Below, in pieces: positions 27,701 to 39,805 of a stretch of 64,000 bases of DNA (its first letter is position 1; each line of letters begins with the position of its first letter). The stretch is taken from assembly GCA_002189035.1 (NCBI GenBank), contig CM007991.1, forward strand, positions 4,464,001 through 4,528,000. The letters are read 5' to 3'. Under the pieces are notes generated by a model. That model saw nothing but the letters and a program-made list of their open reading frames with translations. It did no database searches and was not told the DNA's origin. The translations under genes and the position numbers were made by a program. The stretch is from Utricularia gibba (lineage: Eukaryota > Plantae > Magnoliophyta).

Positions 27701-28073
27701 ATTCATTTGATGCATATGTGACACTCTCTTGAGATTCTTTAACATTTACACTACCTATCAATTTTTGTGTCTTACAAAAAAAACATATATTTAATATTAA
27801 CAAAAACATGTAGAAAAGTGTGATAGTAATTTTTCATACTGATATCCACTTTGGCTTATGCCATAATATATGTCAAGATTTGATATCAATGAAATCCCTC
27901 TGATCTTCAACTGTAAAAACCTTCATGGTTTGTTGCTTGAAATCAAATTCTTTATGACCACTGTCTCCTCTTGACATTATCCTATCCATACAATCTCCAA
28001 ATTTACTAATATCGGAGCTCAAAATTTTTTAATTTCTTCTTGTTGTATCCATGCAATGAGGAACTAGGGGTAT

Positions 28074-29285
28074 TGATAACACATAATTGTGAGTGTTTCA
28101 AAATAAGAAAATGATTAGTATTCTTCTACAAAGCTCAGATTTTATTGTTTGTTTCAGTGTTTTTGTGATTAGTAACATTGTTTGCATATTTTATTTCTAA
28201 TCTCAATCTTAAATCTAATCATTTTCTTGAGCATACAGCATATATCAACAATGCAAATCCCAATGATCCTAAAAGTATACAAGGGAAGTAGTATAAAAAG
28301 GGGACAAAAGAGAAGAAATAGAAGCATCAAATCCCAAGAAGAGCAAAAAGAAGATTTTGATACTAATGAAGAGTGAGAAAAATATCTCTTCATTGAACAA
28401 CACGTCACACAAAAATAATTAAGTAGACTTAAATCCTCCATTTGTTAGGTGAATGATTATTAGGTTAGATGAGTTAAATGTAGCAATAATCATGTCATTC
28501 TTTAAAGTTTCAAGTCATTGCATTACCTTATTCTAGTTAGTAGTCTGATGAGGGTACAAATTGAAAGTGGCTAATTGGTCTCTGAAAAGTAGCCAAAGGG
28601 TGTTCTGACACCTGGTGGACAGATCGATAATTGTCAGGACTTGTCAGCGGCGGTTGTTTTACACAGTCTGAAAAGTGGCCGAATTACAGCAAATCAGGCG
28701 GCGATTATTTGAAAAATAGGACCACAGTACAGGCGCAGAAAGCAGCCAACGTCTGTAGAATAGGAGAAATGCTGAAGAGAAAAGGGTTCGACTCTAAGCC
28801 CTCCAACTTGTATCTTTTCTCACCACCTCCATCTAGTAAAGATTTTCTCGACGAGCTCCGACAGCTCCGTGGTTTTTCCGTTTTCCGACGGTTTCCACAT
28901 AAATATCTTCGCCTATCTTCATTTCTACTAAACGAATCGAGCAAAACATCAAAAACGTAATCAGGTGTGGCACATCCAGCTGCACCCATAACCCGAGAAT
29001 TGGCCCTCTCGGATACTGATTCTCGCTCGCAACATAGTCGAATTTGCATGTTATTTCTTATAGTATTTTATTGTAAACCTATCTTACTTTTAGATTAAAC
29101 TAAATCTTTCAATCGTGATAAAAACAACATGCATTAATCTTCACACAACAAACATATAATTCCTTGCGTTTGACCTTGATTCACTATGCTCATATTTTTT
29201 GTATGATTGAATGTTAATTATGTTTATAAATTTATTTGATAGAAGAATTTGTATTTTAACGATATTGTAAAATTTTCATTTATCA
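28074..29285 (+). mobile_element. Old family-A-related LTR interrupted by a family B solo LTR
   Basis: Begins TGATAACAC, ends aacgatatt...tttatCA like family A; TSD not conserved (GGTAT/TGTAC). Confidence 0.5.
28546..29034 (+). mobile_element. Solo LTR, family B, 489 bp
   Basis: TGATGAGG...CGCAACA; perfect TSD TAGTC (28541-28545, 29035-29039). Confidence 0.92.
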
Positions 29286-30539
29286 TGTACTGCTTCATGA
29301 TAACAATCAAATTTTTTTTTCAACATCTGTTTTCTTTTTGCGAAGTTCTCTTTTCTGAATCCTTGCTAACATTTAGCCATGCAGAAACAAGAATAAACTT
29401 ATGTTCCTTTGCCTATCTTTGAGATACTGATTCTCTAGTAGCCATTATCTAAAAAAATGTAGTAAAAATTGATGAAACAAGGAGTGATAATATGCTTGAA
29501 TCAACAGATTGCGTAATTCTAAACACATCATTCCTAATTTAAGCAACAAATTTGATTTTCGGCATTTATTTGAAGCAACAAAATGATTACTGAATAATAA
29601 ACAACTAGGTGCATTGAAAGACATCATGAAACACATCTAAATGTTTAGGAATCATTTATAAATCAACAAAGGATACCATAAAAATGACTGATCAAATGTA
29701 TGCAACTATTTTCTAAACAGATTTAAGAATCATTTATGAATGAAGTTGTTGCATAAATCTAAAACAATGATTTCAAAAGTAATAATTTGATTTCAACTAC
29801 TAAAGTTAATCAATAAAATAAATGGTAAAACAATTAGTTATAACAAAAGATATCATCAAAATAGATTCAAGAATCAGTGAAATACATGAGAAACAAAAAT
29901 GATAGGTTTAGTTGCAAGAAGAAAATCAATAGAATATGGAGATCAAAGTCCTCTAAGAAACTTGGAACAATATTGAAAGGGTAGGATAAAATAAACTCCA
30001 CAAAATCCAACAATCTTATTAAATGCAATAAGAATATGAACTCCCGCCCATCAAACTACAGAATGTGTGTCTTCGAAAACAAAGTGAGACATAGAAGAAA
30101 TTAGACAAAAAAAAAAAAACAAATATGCTCACATCTAGTGCATAACATTGAACAAATATGAATAAATTAAAAGGTATTTACCTATTTGTATGTGTGACGT
30201 AGAAGAACCCAAAAAATAGAGAATTGAAAGACATAAGAACCTATCTTTTATTTTATTGAGTTTCTGAACGGAAACTTGGTTTTTGTGAGGATAGTTTTCG
30301 GAAATCGGAAACCCTTCCTTTATTGATATTGAAAATTTTTATTACTAAAGGTATGCATCACGTAAGTATTTTTGAAAATGAATAAAAATGTTATAACATT
30401 GAAGCTATATATGACATGTATCAAGTTGAATATGGTCCATGTCATAATGTGAATGCTAGTGATTCTACTATTTTATCTTCATTTTCTACTAATGCTCTTG
30501 TTGTACTTCGTAGTGTAGACATCTCTTTTACGCCTTTTT

Positions 30540-30830
30540 CTTATGAAGAATGCATGTTATATAACAATAATCATATAATTGAAGGGAGTAATGATGATTC
30601 TTTTGATATACTAGCTTGGTGGAAAAGCAATTTTATCAATTTTATTATTTTAGATAGAATGGTCAAAGATATTCTTACTCTTTCAACGTCAACCATGCTT
30701 TTGAAAAGCACATTCAGTAAAAGTGGAAGAATAATAACACAGAAAATAACAAAGTGTTCTCCTCCTAATACATTGAAAGGTTGTATGTGCCTAAAAAATT
30801 CGAATGATGCCAAAAAAGGAAGAAAAATTA
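30540..30830 (+). pseudogene. hAT C-terminal dimerisation domain remnant
   Basis: FDILAWWKSN...LDRMVKDILTLSTST...KSTFSKSGRII...NTLKGCMCLKN. Confidence 0.78.
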
Positions 30831-31152
30831 TAAATCAAGTTTTGAATAGAAGTATGAAAATTGAAATCTTAAAAAACATGAGGAATGAAGCTATTCAATG
30901 CAAGTGTTGCATTCTAATTTCAAAAAATAAGAGTTTTATTTTGTATATTTTTATTTTTATTGAATTTGAATTAGTAAGTTGATTCTTAATAGGAGTAAAC
31001 ATTTGATTTGATTTCATTTTATATATTGCACTGTATAATATGGTATTCTTCCAACATAGGTGAGTAAGAAATCGATAAAGAAGTCAATAGTAAATCTGCT
31101 ACACATCCAATAGGCGATTGAAAAGAGATTGTGTCAGACTATGACTACTAGC

Positions 31153-31749
31153 TAGACCTAGGCATGGGTCATGACTTTCCGAGTAACGAGTCAGACTCAT
31201 CTAGCCATGACTCTATTATGGGTTTATGAGTCGACGGGTTGACGGGTTTTGATCCCCAACTTGTATCATACCCAAGTTGACTCATTACTTGTCGACTCTT
31301 CGAGTTGACTCGAGTATACACTCATCAACTCGTATTTATCTTTTTTTAAAAAAATAATTATTTTATTTTTCAGTTTCTTTTTTGTTGTATATGAATACTT
31401 TTATTTGTATATGATCTATTTAATCATTGAATATTCAATTTCAAAAAATGCAATAAAGTTTTCCCTCCTCCTTTACGATATTTGAGATTGATAATATATA
31501 ATATAAGTGAAGTTAGTTAATATCAAATTATAAATATTAAATAAAAAATATATAAAATCTAAATTAAAGAAATGAATAATTTGGACTACAAATTATTCAT
31601 TTTTTCACAAGTTATTCAGGTAACTAGTCAAGTAAAAAATCATCGACTTGACTCATACTTATTTTTCACAAGTATGAGTAATTCGTATCCATTCCATACG
31701 AGTAGATTCGTGGCTAACCCGGGTTGACCCATACCTATGCCCAGGTATA
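31153..31749. mobile_element. Non-autonomous hAT element (MITE), 597 bp
   Basis: TIRs TAGACCTAGGCAT / ATGCCCAGGTATA; perfect 8-bp TSD CTACTAGC (31145-31152, 31750-31757); GACTC/GAGTC subterminal repeats. Confidence 0.9.
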
Positions 31750-31789
31750 CTACTAGCATATATTCTTAAAAGCCACCAACTTGTAGGCA

Positions 31790-32170
31790 TTCAGAATAGG
31801 AGGTAGATTTTTGTCGACAGAACCACAAATAACATTAGGCAAGTCTATAAGACACAAAAAGTAGCTAACCTCTCAGAATCGGTTGGCCAGGGCTTTCTAT
31901 AAATAGAAGTCCAATTCAAGAGAAAATCATTCTACGTCTTTTGCATCCATTATAAATCTCTCCTTTTCTCTTAGTGCAATCCATTTCTTTGATGAGTACT
32001 CTCAGTTTTGTGGTTTTCCGTCACGATGATTTCCACGTAAAAGACTCTGGTTTCATTGTATCGTTTTCTCCATTAACCCAACCATAATCCTACAAATCAA
32101 TGACTTGGATCACAAAAAAATATCCAATTCAATCCTTCTAAATCGTGTTGTTGGTGGTTGCCAATTTTTA
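31790..32170 (+). mobile_element. Degenerate LTR distantly related to family B
   Basis: ctataaatag TATA and tgtggttttccg...tttccacgtaaaa block shared with family B; ends undefined. Confidence 0.3.
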
Positions 32171-33478
32171 ACCAGAATACCAATCAAAAGAGAGGGTAAC
32201 TTCATCTTTTCCATGAGATTTTGGTAGGAAAATATCTTTTCCACATCTTTTCTCCTATGAAATCAGTTGCTTTACACTATAAACCACTTTTTAAAGTAGG
32301 ACATGTGCATTCCCAATATTAATTACTACCTTGTTAAAACTTAAACAAAAAATAGAAATATGAGAGTTTTCTTTTCAATTGTTATCAATTGAGCTAATTT
32401 TCACAATAAAAACATTCCTATGAACTAAATATACAAAATAAAAAATTACACATGCAAAACAATACTTAACCATACGAAACACTCATAAAAATACATATAA
32501 AAACAGTGTTATTAATAATGAAAAGAGAAATATTGATTTATATGAAACACTATTATGGATTTTAAAAAAATTCTCTTCATTTTAATATTACTTAAACTCA
32601 TGAACATTTTATTATATATTTGTAAAATGTTGTATAACTAGATAGTGGGATCATGGTCTTTTGTTTATGAAAAATCTACATATCATATAAAAAGTAACAT
32701 TTTTAAACAACTCATGCTCATTTCTCAAGACACTTTCAATCTCAAAAGAAAGTAATTTATGATTTTATTATATTAATTCTTAAAAATACAATTTTTCTTC
32801 AAAATAGTATTAATTTCTTCAGTGAAAACGTATTGTATAAGTATGATTATATAAATTTTCTCCTACTTTAATGATATATGAGTATAGGTCCCATATCAAA
32901 TTCCAACTTATTCTCCCTTCTCCCATAGTAAAACTCAATGAGTTAGGATAAAAAATATAACTTCTCAAGTCACAAGTCAAACTAGATGAGTTAGAATAAA
33001 AACTATAACTCGTTGAATTAATTTACTCAAGTTGAACTATATGCGTGGACTTGACTCGTACCAAAATTTACCCAAGTTGAATATTTAAAATATAAACACC
33101 ATATTTACTTTAACTAGTACTTGTCATACCTTGGAAAAGAAAACAGTGTATCAATTTGCACAACATCATGTGTGTTTTGACTAGTATTTATCATAATTTA
33201 AAAAAAGAGATAGCATCGCATATATATTTAACTGGTGTTTGTAATAATTTGTGGAGCACAATAGCATCATATAGCACCATGTTTATACGACATAATGATA
33301 ACTCGTTTAACTAGTTCGCACAAGTCAATTTAGAGTTACTCAAATCAACTCGCAATTGTCTCAAGGGCTTCTTTCCCACCCAACTTTACCACACACCCAT
33401 GCCCGTAGCAAATTGTCACTCCAATCCCCATCCTATCCTCTACATATTCTAATTATTTTAATTAATTATATTAATAAC

Positions 33479-33498
33479 TATATATATATATATATATA
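33479..33498. repeat. (TA)10 microsatellite
   Basis: Read directly. Confidence 0.9.
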
Positions 33499-33630
33499 AT
33501 TAATCATTTAATTTTTCCAATAGTATTAATTATATTTTTTAAATAATTAATATTGTAAACTATTTAATGTACATTAACAATAATTATTGTATTCAAAATA
33601 CATATATAGATATTTTTTATATATAATTAT

Positions 33631-34817
33631 TGATGGTAATTCTGCAAGTGTACAGAAACCGTCGAAGTAATAAAATAAGATCGTATCCACAAGGAATTGC
33701 TATTGGAATATTCTTTTCAAACAAAGATTCAAAAAACCGAAAACAAGAGAAATATTTGGTTTTGAAGAGAATAAGAAAAGTGGTCTTAGATCTAAAATCC
33801 ATCTTACTTGAAACTCGCCCTTGCATGTGTGCAAACCTTGAGAGCTGTCCTGCTTACGCAAGCTTTGGGGGTGTTATGCTAAAATAGTGCTACTCATTGA
33901 CTATTATAGCATCGTCCCTTGTTTTGTGGGATTATGGAATCAACCACGCCACCAGAGCCATTTCACCTCTTGTGATAACCCATGTTTTCCCCACACCCAA
34001 ATCTAACCCCTACACCTCTCATCTCGCAGATATATTAGACAGAATGTGCCTTACCAACGATGTCCGATTGAGCCCTTCTCCTTAGGTGCTTGAGACCAAC
34101 CTTTGATTCTCCCACACTCTATTAAGGCTATATGGTATTAAAGATCACGTTGATAAAGAAAACGTTGCGAAAAACAGAATCAGACCTCAAATTAAATGCT
34201 GAAAAACATAATAAGATAGTCACACGCGCATAACTTGCACAAGCAAGGCTTCACAACAGATCCTCAGCCGCAAGCGCTCACACGCACATGCTTGACTTTA
34301 AACAACAAAAGTTGATGAAAAACGAAGGGAAAGGAATCCAAAACATGCTAGACTCGACTCTAAACCCTAGATTGACTCTCTGGTCGTCCACCCTTCGATC
34401 TTTTAGGTCTTCGCGTTTGGATTTTTATATAATGGTGGGGATTTGTCAGGCTTTCTTGATGGGATCGCATCAAGTCTTCTATCCGAATCTTCTAAGATTT
34501 GATACAAATCTTCTAGGATGAGATCCAAATTTTCCAAGATAAGATGTGAATCTTATCTTATCCGAGAATCTTTGACCGAGTCTTCATTCGGATAGACCAA
34601 ATCTTTGCCTCCATCAAAGTAGCTCGAAAATCCCCCAAATTAAGTTAAAATTATCCTGAAAAATCACAAAACACACCTTCCCTCCAAAAAGATCAAAGTG
34701 GTATGAAAGATATAAAATTCTCTTAGAAACATAAGAAAAGTGGGATAAAAAGAATGCAAAACACATCTAAGTGAGTCTCAAAAAGCATAAATATAAGTGA
34801 AATAAAATCAATTATCA
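33631..34817 (-). mobile_element. Solo LTR, family D (Athila-like), 1187 bp
   Basis: TG...CA termini; TSD ATTAT/ACTAT (4/5); carries the gatcgtatccacaaggaa motif typical of Athila-type LTR ends. Confidence 0.85.
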
Positions 34818-34991
34818 ACTATCTTCTAATATTAAAAACTATTCAATTGAAATAAATACATTTTTTTAATTTTGTATTTGAAGTATCTATTTATTGTGTT
34901 GTAAATAGAAATTAATTATTTTTATTAGTTGAAGTATGGTATGCACAAAAAGTAAATTTATTTAATAAATACATACATAAAATATGATTAT

Positions 34992-35680
34992 TGATGATAA
35001 TTTTGCAAGTGTATAGAAATATTGAAGTAATAAATAAAGATCATCTCTATAAGAAATTGATTATTTCTGAATTTTCTAAAACAATTCAAAACAAACAACA
35101 GCAAAACGATTTTGAAAACAATAGAAATAAAAATTTTGGACAAGGATCCACTATACTAAAACTTGTCTATGTATGTATAAACTTTGAGAACTAATCTTAT
35201 TACACAAGTTATATGGTTATTATTTTAAAATAGTGTTATTTGATAACTGTTATAATATTGTATTTCATTTAATGAGAATATAAAATCAATTATACTATCA
35301 GAATCATTTAAATTTTTGTGATAACCCATATTTTCTTCACACTCAATTTTAACTCTTACACCTCACATTTTACAAATAGACTAAACAAAATGTGTCTTAT
35401 CAATGATGTCCTATTAAATCCTTATCTTTAATTGTTTGAAATAAATCCGAGATTTTTTTATTCACTCAGAGTTTTGTTATATTAAAGAGTATGTTGGTAA
35501 ATAAAATATTATGAAAAATAAAATTAAATATCAAATTAAATTGAAAGAATATGATAAAATAGTCACAAGTATGAGGATTTACACAAACAAGGCTTTAGCA
35601 TACATTCTTAGCCTCAATTACTTATATGCATATACTCGTTTCTAACATAAAAATAAACACTAGAATACAAAAAAAATGGT
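34992..35680 (-). mobile_element. Second, AT-decayed and truncated family D LTR
   Basis: Collinear with the copy starting at 33631 from the TG terminus; same left flank ATTAT; right end approximate. Confidence 0.75.
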
Positions 35681-37254
35681 TAAAAACGTTTCTAATAATT
35701 GAAAAAGTGAGTTATTTATAAAAGAAGTGATTTAAGTCTTCAAGCTGTTTGGACAAAATATTTTATTCAAATTTTTTATTTAAATTTTCTTAAATTATCT
35801 TCAAATCTTTATCTTATTCATAAATCTATAACTAAATCTATTCGTTGGCTAAGTTTCTTATCATAGCAAACTCAAAAAATCCACAATAATATATATTTTT
35901 TCAAAAAAATCAAATTAATATAAAACATATAAAATCAATTGAAAATAATTAAGATAGATAGAAACAACTATTAAGAATGATGTAAAAGTATATTTTAGAA
36001 TGATATAAAATTACTTATCAATTATTTAGTCAATGCTTACCAAATAGAGTTGGAGTAAGTATAAAATTCATTATTTTATTTAAGGAGTGCTCTGTAAAAT
36101 TTTTAAAACTTATTTTTATTTTTCAGAAATAAAAATAGTTTTGTTCTAGAACATATTTAATTGTAAAAATTATGATTACAAAAGTTATTTTTGGAAAAGT
36201 AAGGAGTTGAGTACTTTTACTTTTTATTTTTACTTTTGAAAAGTAATTTTGAAAAGTAAAAATAGGGTTAAAAAAATTTTCAAAACAGTGCTTTAAAGGA
36301 TTAGAATGATGAACAAAGTATATGAGATATATAGCATCTTCAAATGTAAGTTTAATTTAACATTTATAAATTAAATATTAAATAATTATTATAATTATTT
36401 AAATTATTGTATTAAAAATTAAAGTTTTTTGTACTTTAATAACTGCAAATCTAAAAATAATTCTACAATTTTACATGCATAATGTTAATAATCTTAAAAA
36501 TGAATATAATAATGAAGATAGTTCAGTCACAAACTGAAAATGTCTTGGAGAAATGAGTATGGAGAGTTTTTTCAATAACTTTTTGTAGGGTGGGTAGTTT
36601 CTAATAAAGCCCCGGTTTGCCCCCGGCGCCTGCCTCATGACTCAAGACGCTTTGCTTACGCCATGACTTTCGGAAGTGGGACTCTCGACCCGAGGTTCAA
36701 GTGAACATATTTTTTTATTTTTTTTCTTGAGTTTAATGGACAAATGATCTTTTTTGTTAAACAAATTGGTGTGATGGTTTAATTTTAATTAATTAAATAA
36801 TTCTCGAAAGTCTAAAATCAAATCAGAAAAAAACTAGTACAGGGTTGTGTCATATGTGTGTGTGTAGGAGTGAAAATTAAGGAAAAATGATTTTTTTTAT
36901 ATTTATAATTGAACGAAATCCTTTTTTGAGGGAAAAAGAAAAGTAGGCCAACAACCGCGAGGGGGAGGATAAGAAGCTGACGCTGAGGTCCAAGTTCCTC
37001 TCCTCCACGGCAAGGCAGTGGGGAAAAACAATAATATTGCTTTCCTTTTCTGAAAATTGGATTAAACGAAAAAAAAAATCTCATCGGGCCGCAAACCATG
37101 AGTTTTATGTAACTTTTGAGTATTTTAGCTCCTCTTTTTTTGTAATATAAAGAGTAAAATCTACAGCGTCAAAATGCTGCTACCAGTTATTGGAAATCCC
37201 AAGGGGTGTGGTGTGGTCTCAGGTGTGCATCCAAGGAAACGCCGGGTGGGTTTC

Positions 37255-37785
37255 TTAGTAAGAATTGTAGATCTGCATCTGGCTGAGAATGTGCTCGAAG
37301 TTGTCACTTGATTTCTGAACCGGATGCGAATGCATTCCCTCGTACGTGGTCACCACCACCCCTTCGTCCTTGGACAGCCTCTGCACTTGCTTCTTCACAT
37401 TGCAACCCTGGTGCGTGCATCTGTAGTAGCTCCTGTAGAGATTGGGAAACCGGGTCGGGTCTTTCTCCATCCGCACTCAAAGATTAATCTAGAGCCAGCA
37501 AGGAGAGCTGAAATACCTGGGAAACTTGTTGTTCTTCACAGCCTTCTGGCCGTACTTCCTCCAACGGTAGCCGTCATCGAGTATGTCAACCTGGCTCCTT
37601 GTCTGAAAGGCATATCTGGGTCTTTTCTCTTTGTCCTTGTGCGTCTTCTCGGAGCCTTCTTTGCGGGTCGGGGCGTCGAAACCGGCGGAATCCATCTGGT
37701 TTCCGATGGGATTGTTCGTTGCCACGTCCATGAGTGGAAATTGAGGGAGCGAGGACGAGGACGCTTGGAAGTAATAATTCTCCAT
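37255..37785 (-). CDS. WRKY75: WRKY transcription factor, group IIc, WRKY75-like, about 148 aa
   Basis: Exons 37785-37517 and 37432-37255; [54 protein letters not shown]...TYEGMHSH...[11 protein letters not shown]. Ortholog name is tentative. Confidence 0.93.
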
Positions 37786-38509
37786 TGCAGGAAACAGCGA
37801 AAAGGAAGAAAACGCGAGATCGTGTGCTGGGTAGTAAAACAACACACAACACCCAGATTTTTATACGGATTCTGAACTCGGAAACAGTTGTTAGAGAAGT
37901 GAGATCAATGGAAATGGAGGGGTAGGATGGATGCTAAGGAGAATTTTCCATGGAAAGGTACAAAGAAAGTACAGGGATGCCATTAAATTCCATATCTAGA
38001 AGCCCAGCTGGTATTATTATTAAAATATGGACAAATCCGATACTTGACCATAATTAATTTAATCCAGATCTTACAACATTCTCATTTTCCATGGGCTCCA
38101 GTCTCCGGTCTCCTCAACTGTTCGTTCCTCCTCCCCCTCACTGTCCTCCCACTAACCCCAATCCCGTCAAAGAAAGCGGCTCCGAGTCCAGAGTTGGATT
38201 TTAATTTTTAAAGGATCAATAATTGTATTAACTAAGTTCAGCTCCGCTCCTCGATACGGGTTGTTGTAATTAATTCCGGGGGATCGGGTGGATTGGATTG
38301 GAGTGCAGTTCAGGGTTTGATAATTCACGGAGCCTAGGGATCTCCATGTAGGCAATAATAATTATTATCAGCAAGCCGAATCCTTAGATCTCCTGGGATG
38401 CATGCAGATGCAGTATCTAGGGAATCAAGATCCATTCTTTGAGAAATTCCACGCCTAATAAAAAAAAAAGAAAACAAATTTAACAAAATGACAATTTATA
38501 TTCCTCGTG

Positions 38510-38560
38510 CAGACGCGTATCGTGGACACCAAGTCAATCCCATTCGTACGCGTACGGCAG
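38510..38560. promoter_or_regulatory. cis-element cluster: CGCG box, W-box, palindromic double GTAC
   Basis: ACGCGT at about 38515, AGTCAA 38532-38537, CGTACGCGTACG 38545-38556; motif presence only. Confidence 0.4.
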
Positions 38561-39805
38561 GGAAGACATGTCCATCGCTTCCGTGTCCACTCACTTTGTG
38601 TTGTGATTTTTCACTCATTGCTTACCTCTATAAACACGTTTGGTGGTGGATCGAGAATGATGAAGATGAATAAAACATGAGAGTTTTGGATGCCTGAATG
38701 GTTCTTATTCATTGTTATTTCACTATCAGACAAGGAGGCGCAAGGTTGGTTGCCCGTTTGTCTGGAAGCAATTTTCCTCTAAGCGCGTACGCAAAAGTGG
38801 GCCACACGTTGCAGCCTTCTTTGTCCAACGTTTCCTTCCTGCCCTTGATTTTCGTCTTCTCTTGGGAATCTGGGCCCTTCTAATTAGTAAACGAAATACG
38901 AATCTACATGTTTACATATTCTTTTTATTATGCTTCTTTTAAGTGGGGCCCACTACTTTCTTTGTAAGAATTAAATAAGAATTGATATATTTTTAATTTT
39001 TTTTACAAAATAAGAAATTATAAAATGATTAATATTTGAAATTTTAAAAAATATGAATGTATTTTTTTAAATAAATATCATATTTACCCATATTTTGAAT
39101 AATAATATTTTATAAAAAATTATATTATATATTATTTTAGTAGTGTAAATAGATTTATATTAAATTTATAATTTTAATTTATGGTATTTTAATAACTTAT
39201 TCAAATAAAAGAAAAATATCACGAAACATTAGCATTCATTTTTACAACATAATAATTGTTGTGAATTATAAAAATAGAAGTAATTTTCTAAATTTATATC
39301 CAAAATCAATTCTTAAAAAAGTTACATTTTAATAGAAATAAAGTAATTTTCAAAAATCATTTTTGAAAGAAGAGAATTCAGTATATATTCAGAAAATAAT
39401 AACAATTAAACCAAAATTGATTATTTGAGAAGAAAATTGTGTGTAAATAATTTCTTTCTCTGCCGTCTCTCCTCAGTCACTCTTCCAATTGAGTCAACGG
39501 ACCCCACAGCAAAAAAGAGTTGCTTTCACGAGATGCCGTTGGCGTGGGGAATTTGGAATGAGGGATATCAATTTTTGAGTAATACAGGTGCCCGAAAGTA
39601 AAACATCCATGATCTTCTCCGCCAGTCATCGAAAGCAGACATAATTCCGCGGGTAACGCAATTCGCTTCTTCTTGATTCTCTCACATCGATCAATCCATC
39701 CTCTTTTAGAGGTACAGCTCCATTTTTTAGTGTTTTTGTATTTGGTTGTCAGTCGATTTTTCCGACAGCCGCTAGAGCAGAACTACGGAAAAAGATAGCG
39801 GAAAG

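Noticed and set aside
27830-28060. Possible degenerate kinase fragment on the minus strand
   Set aside because: Only vague motif resemblance with stops; not supportable.
36060-36300. Tourist-like MITE
   Set aside because: Putative TIRs do not match well enough.
37324-37875. 183-aa + strand ORF
   Set aside because: Antisense shadow of the GC-rich WRKY exons; no recognisable domain.
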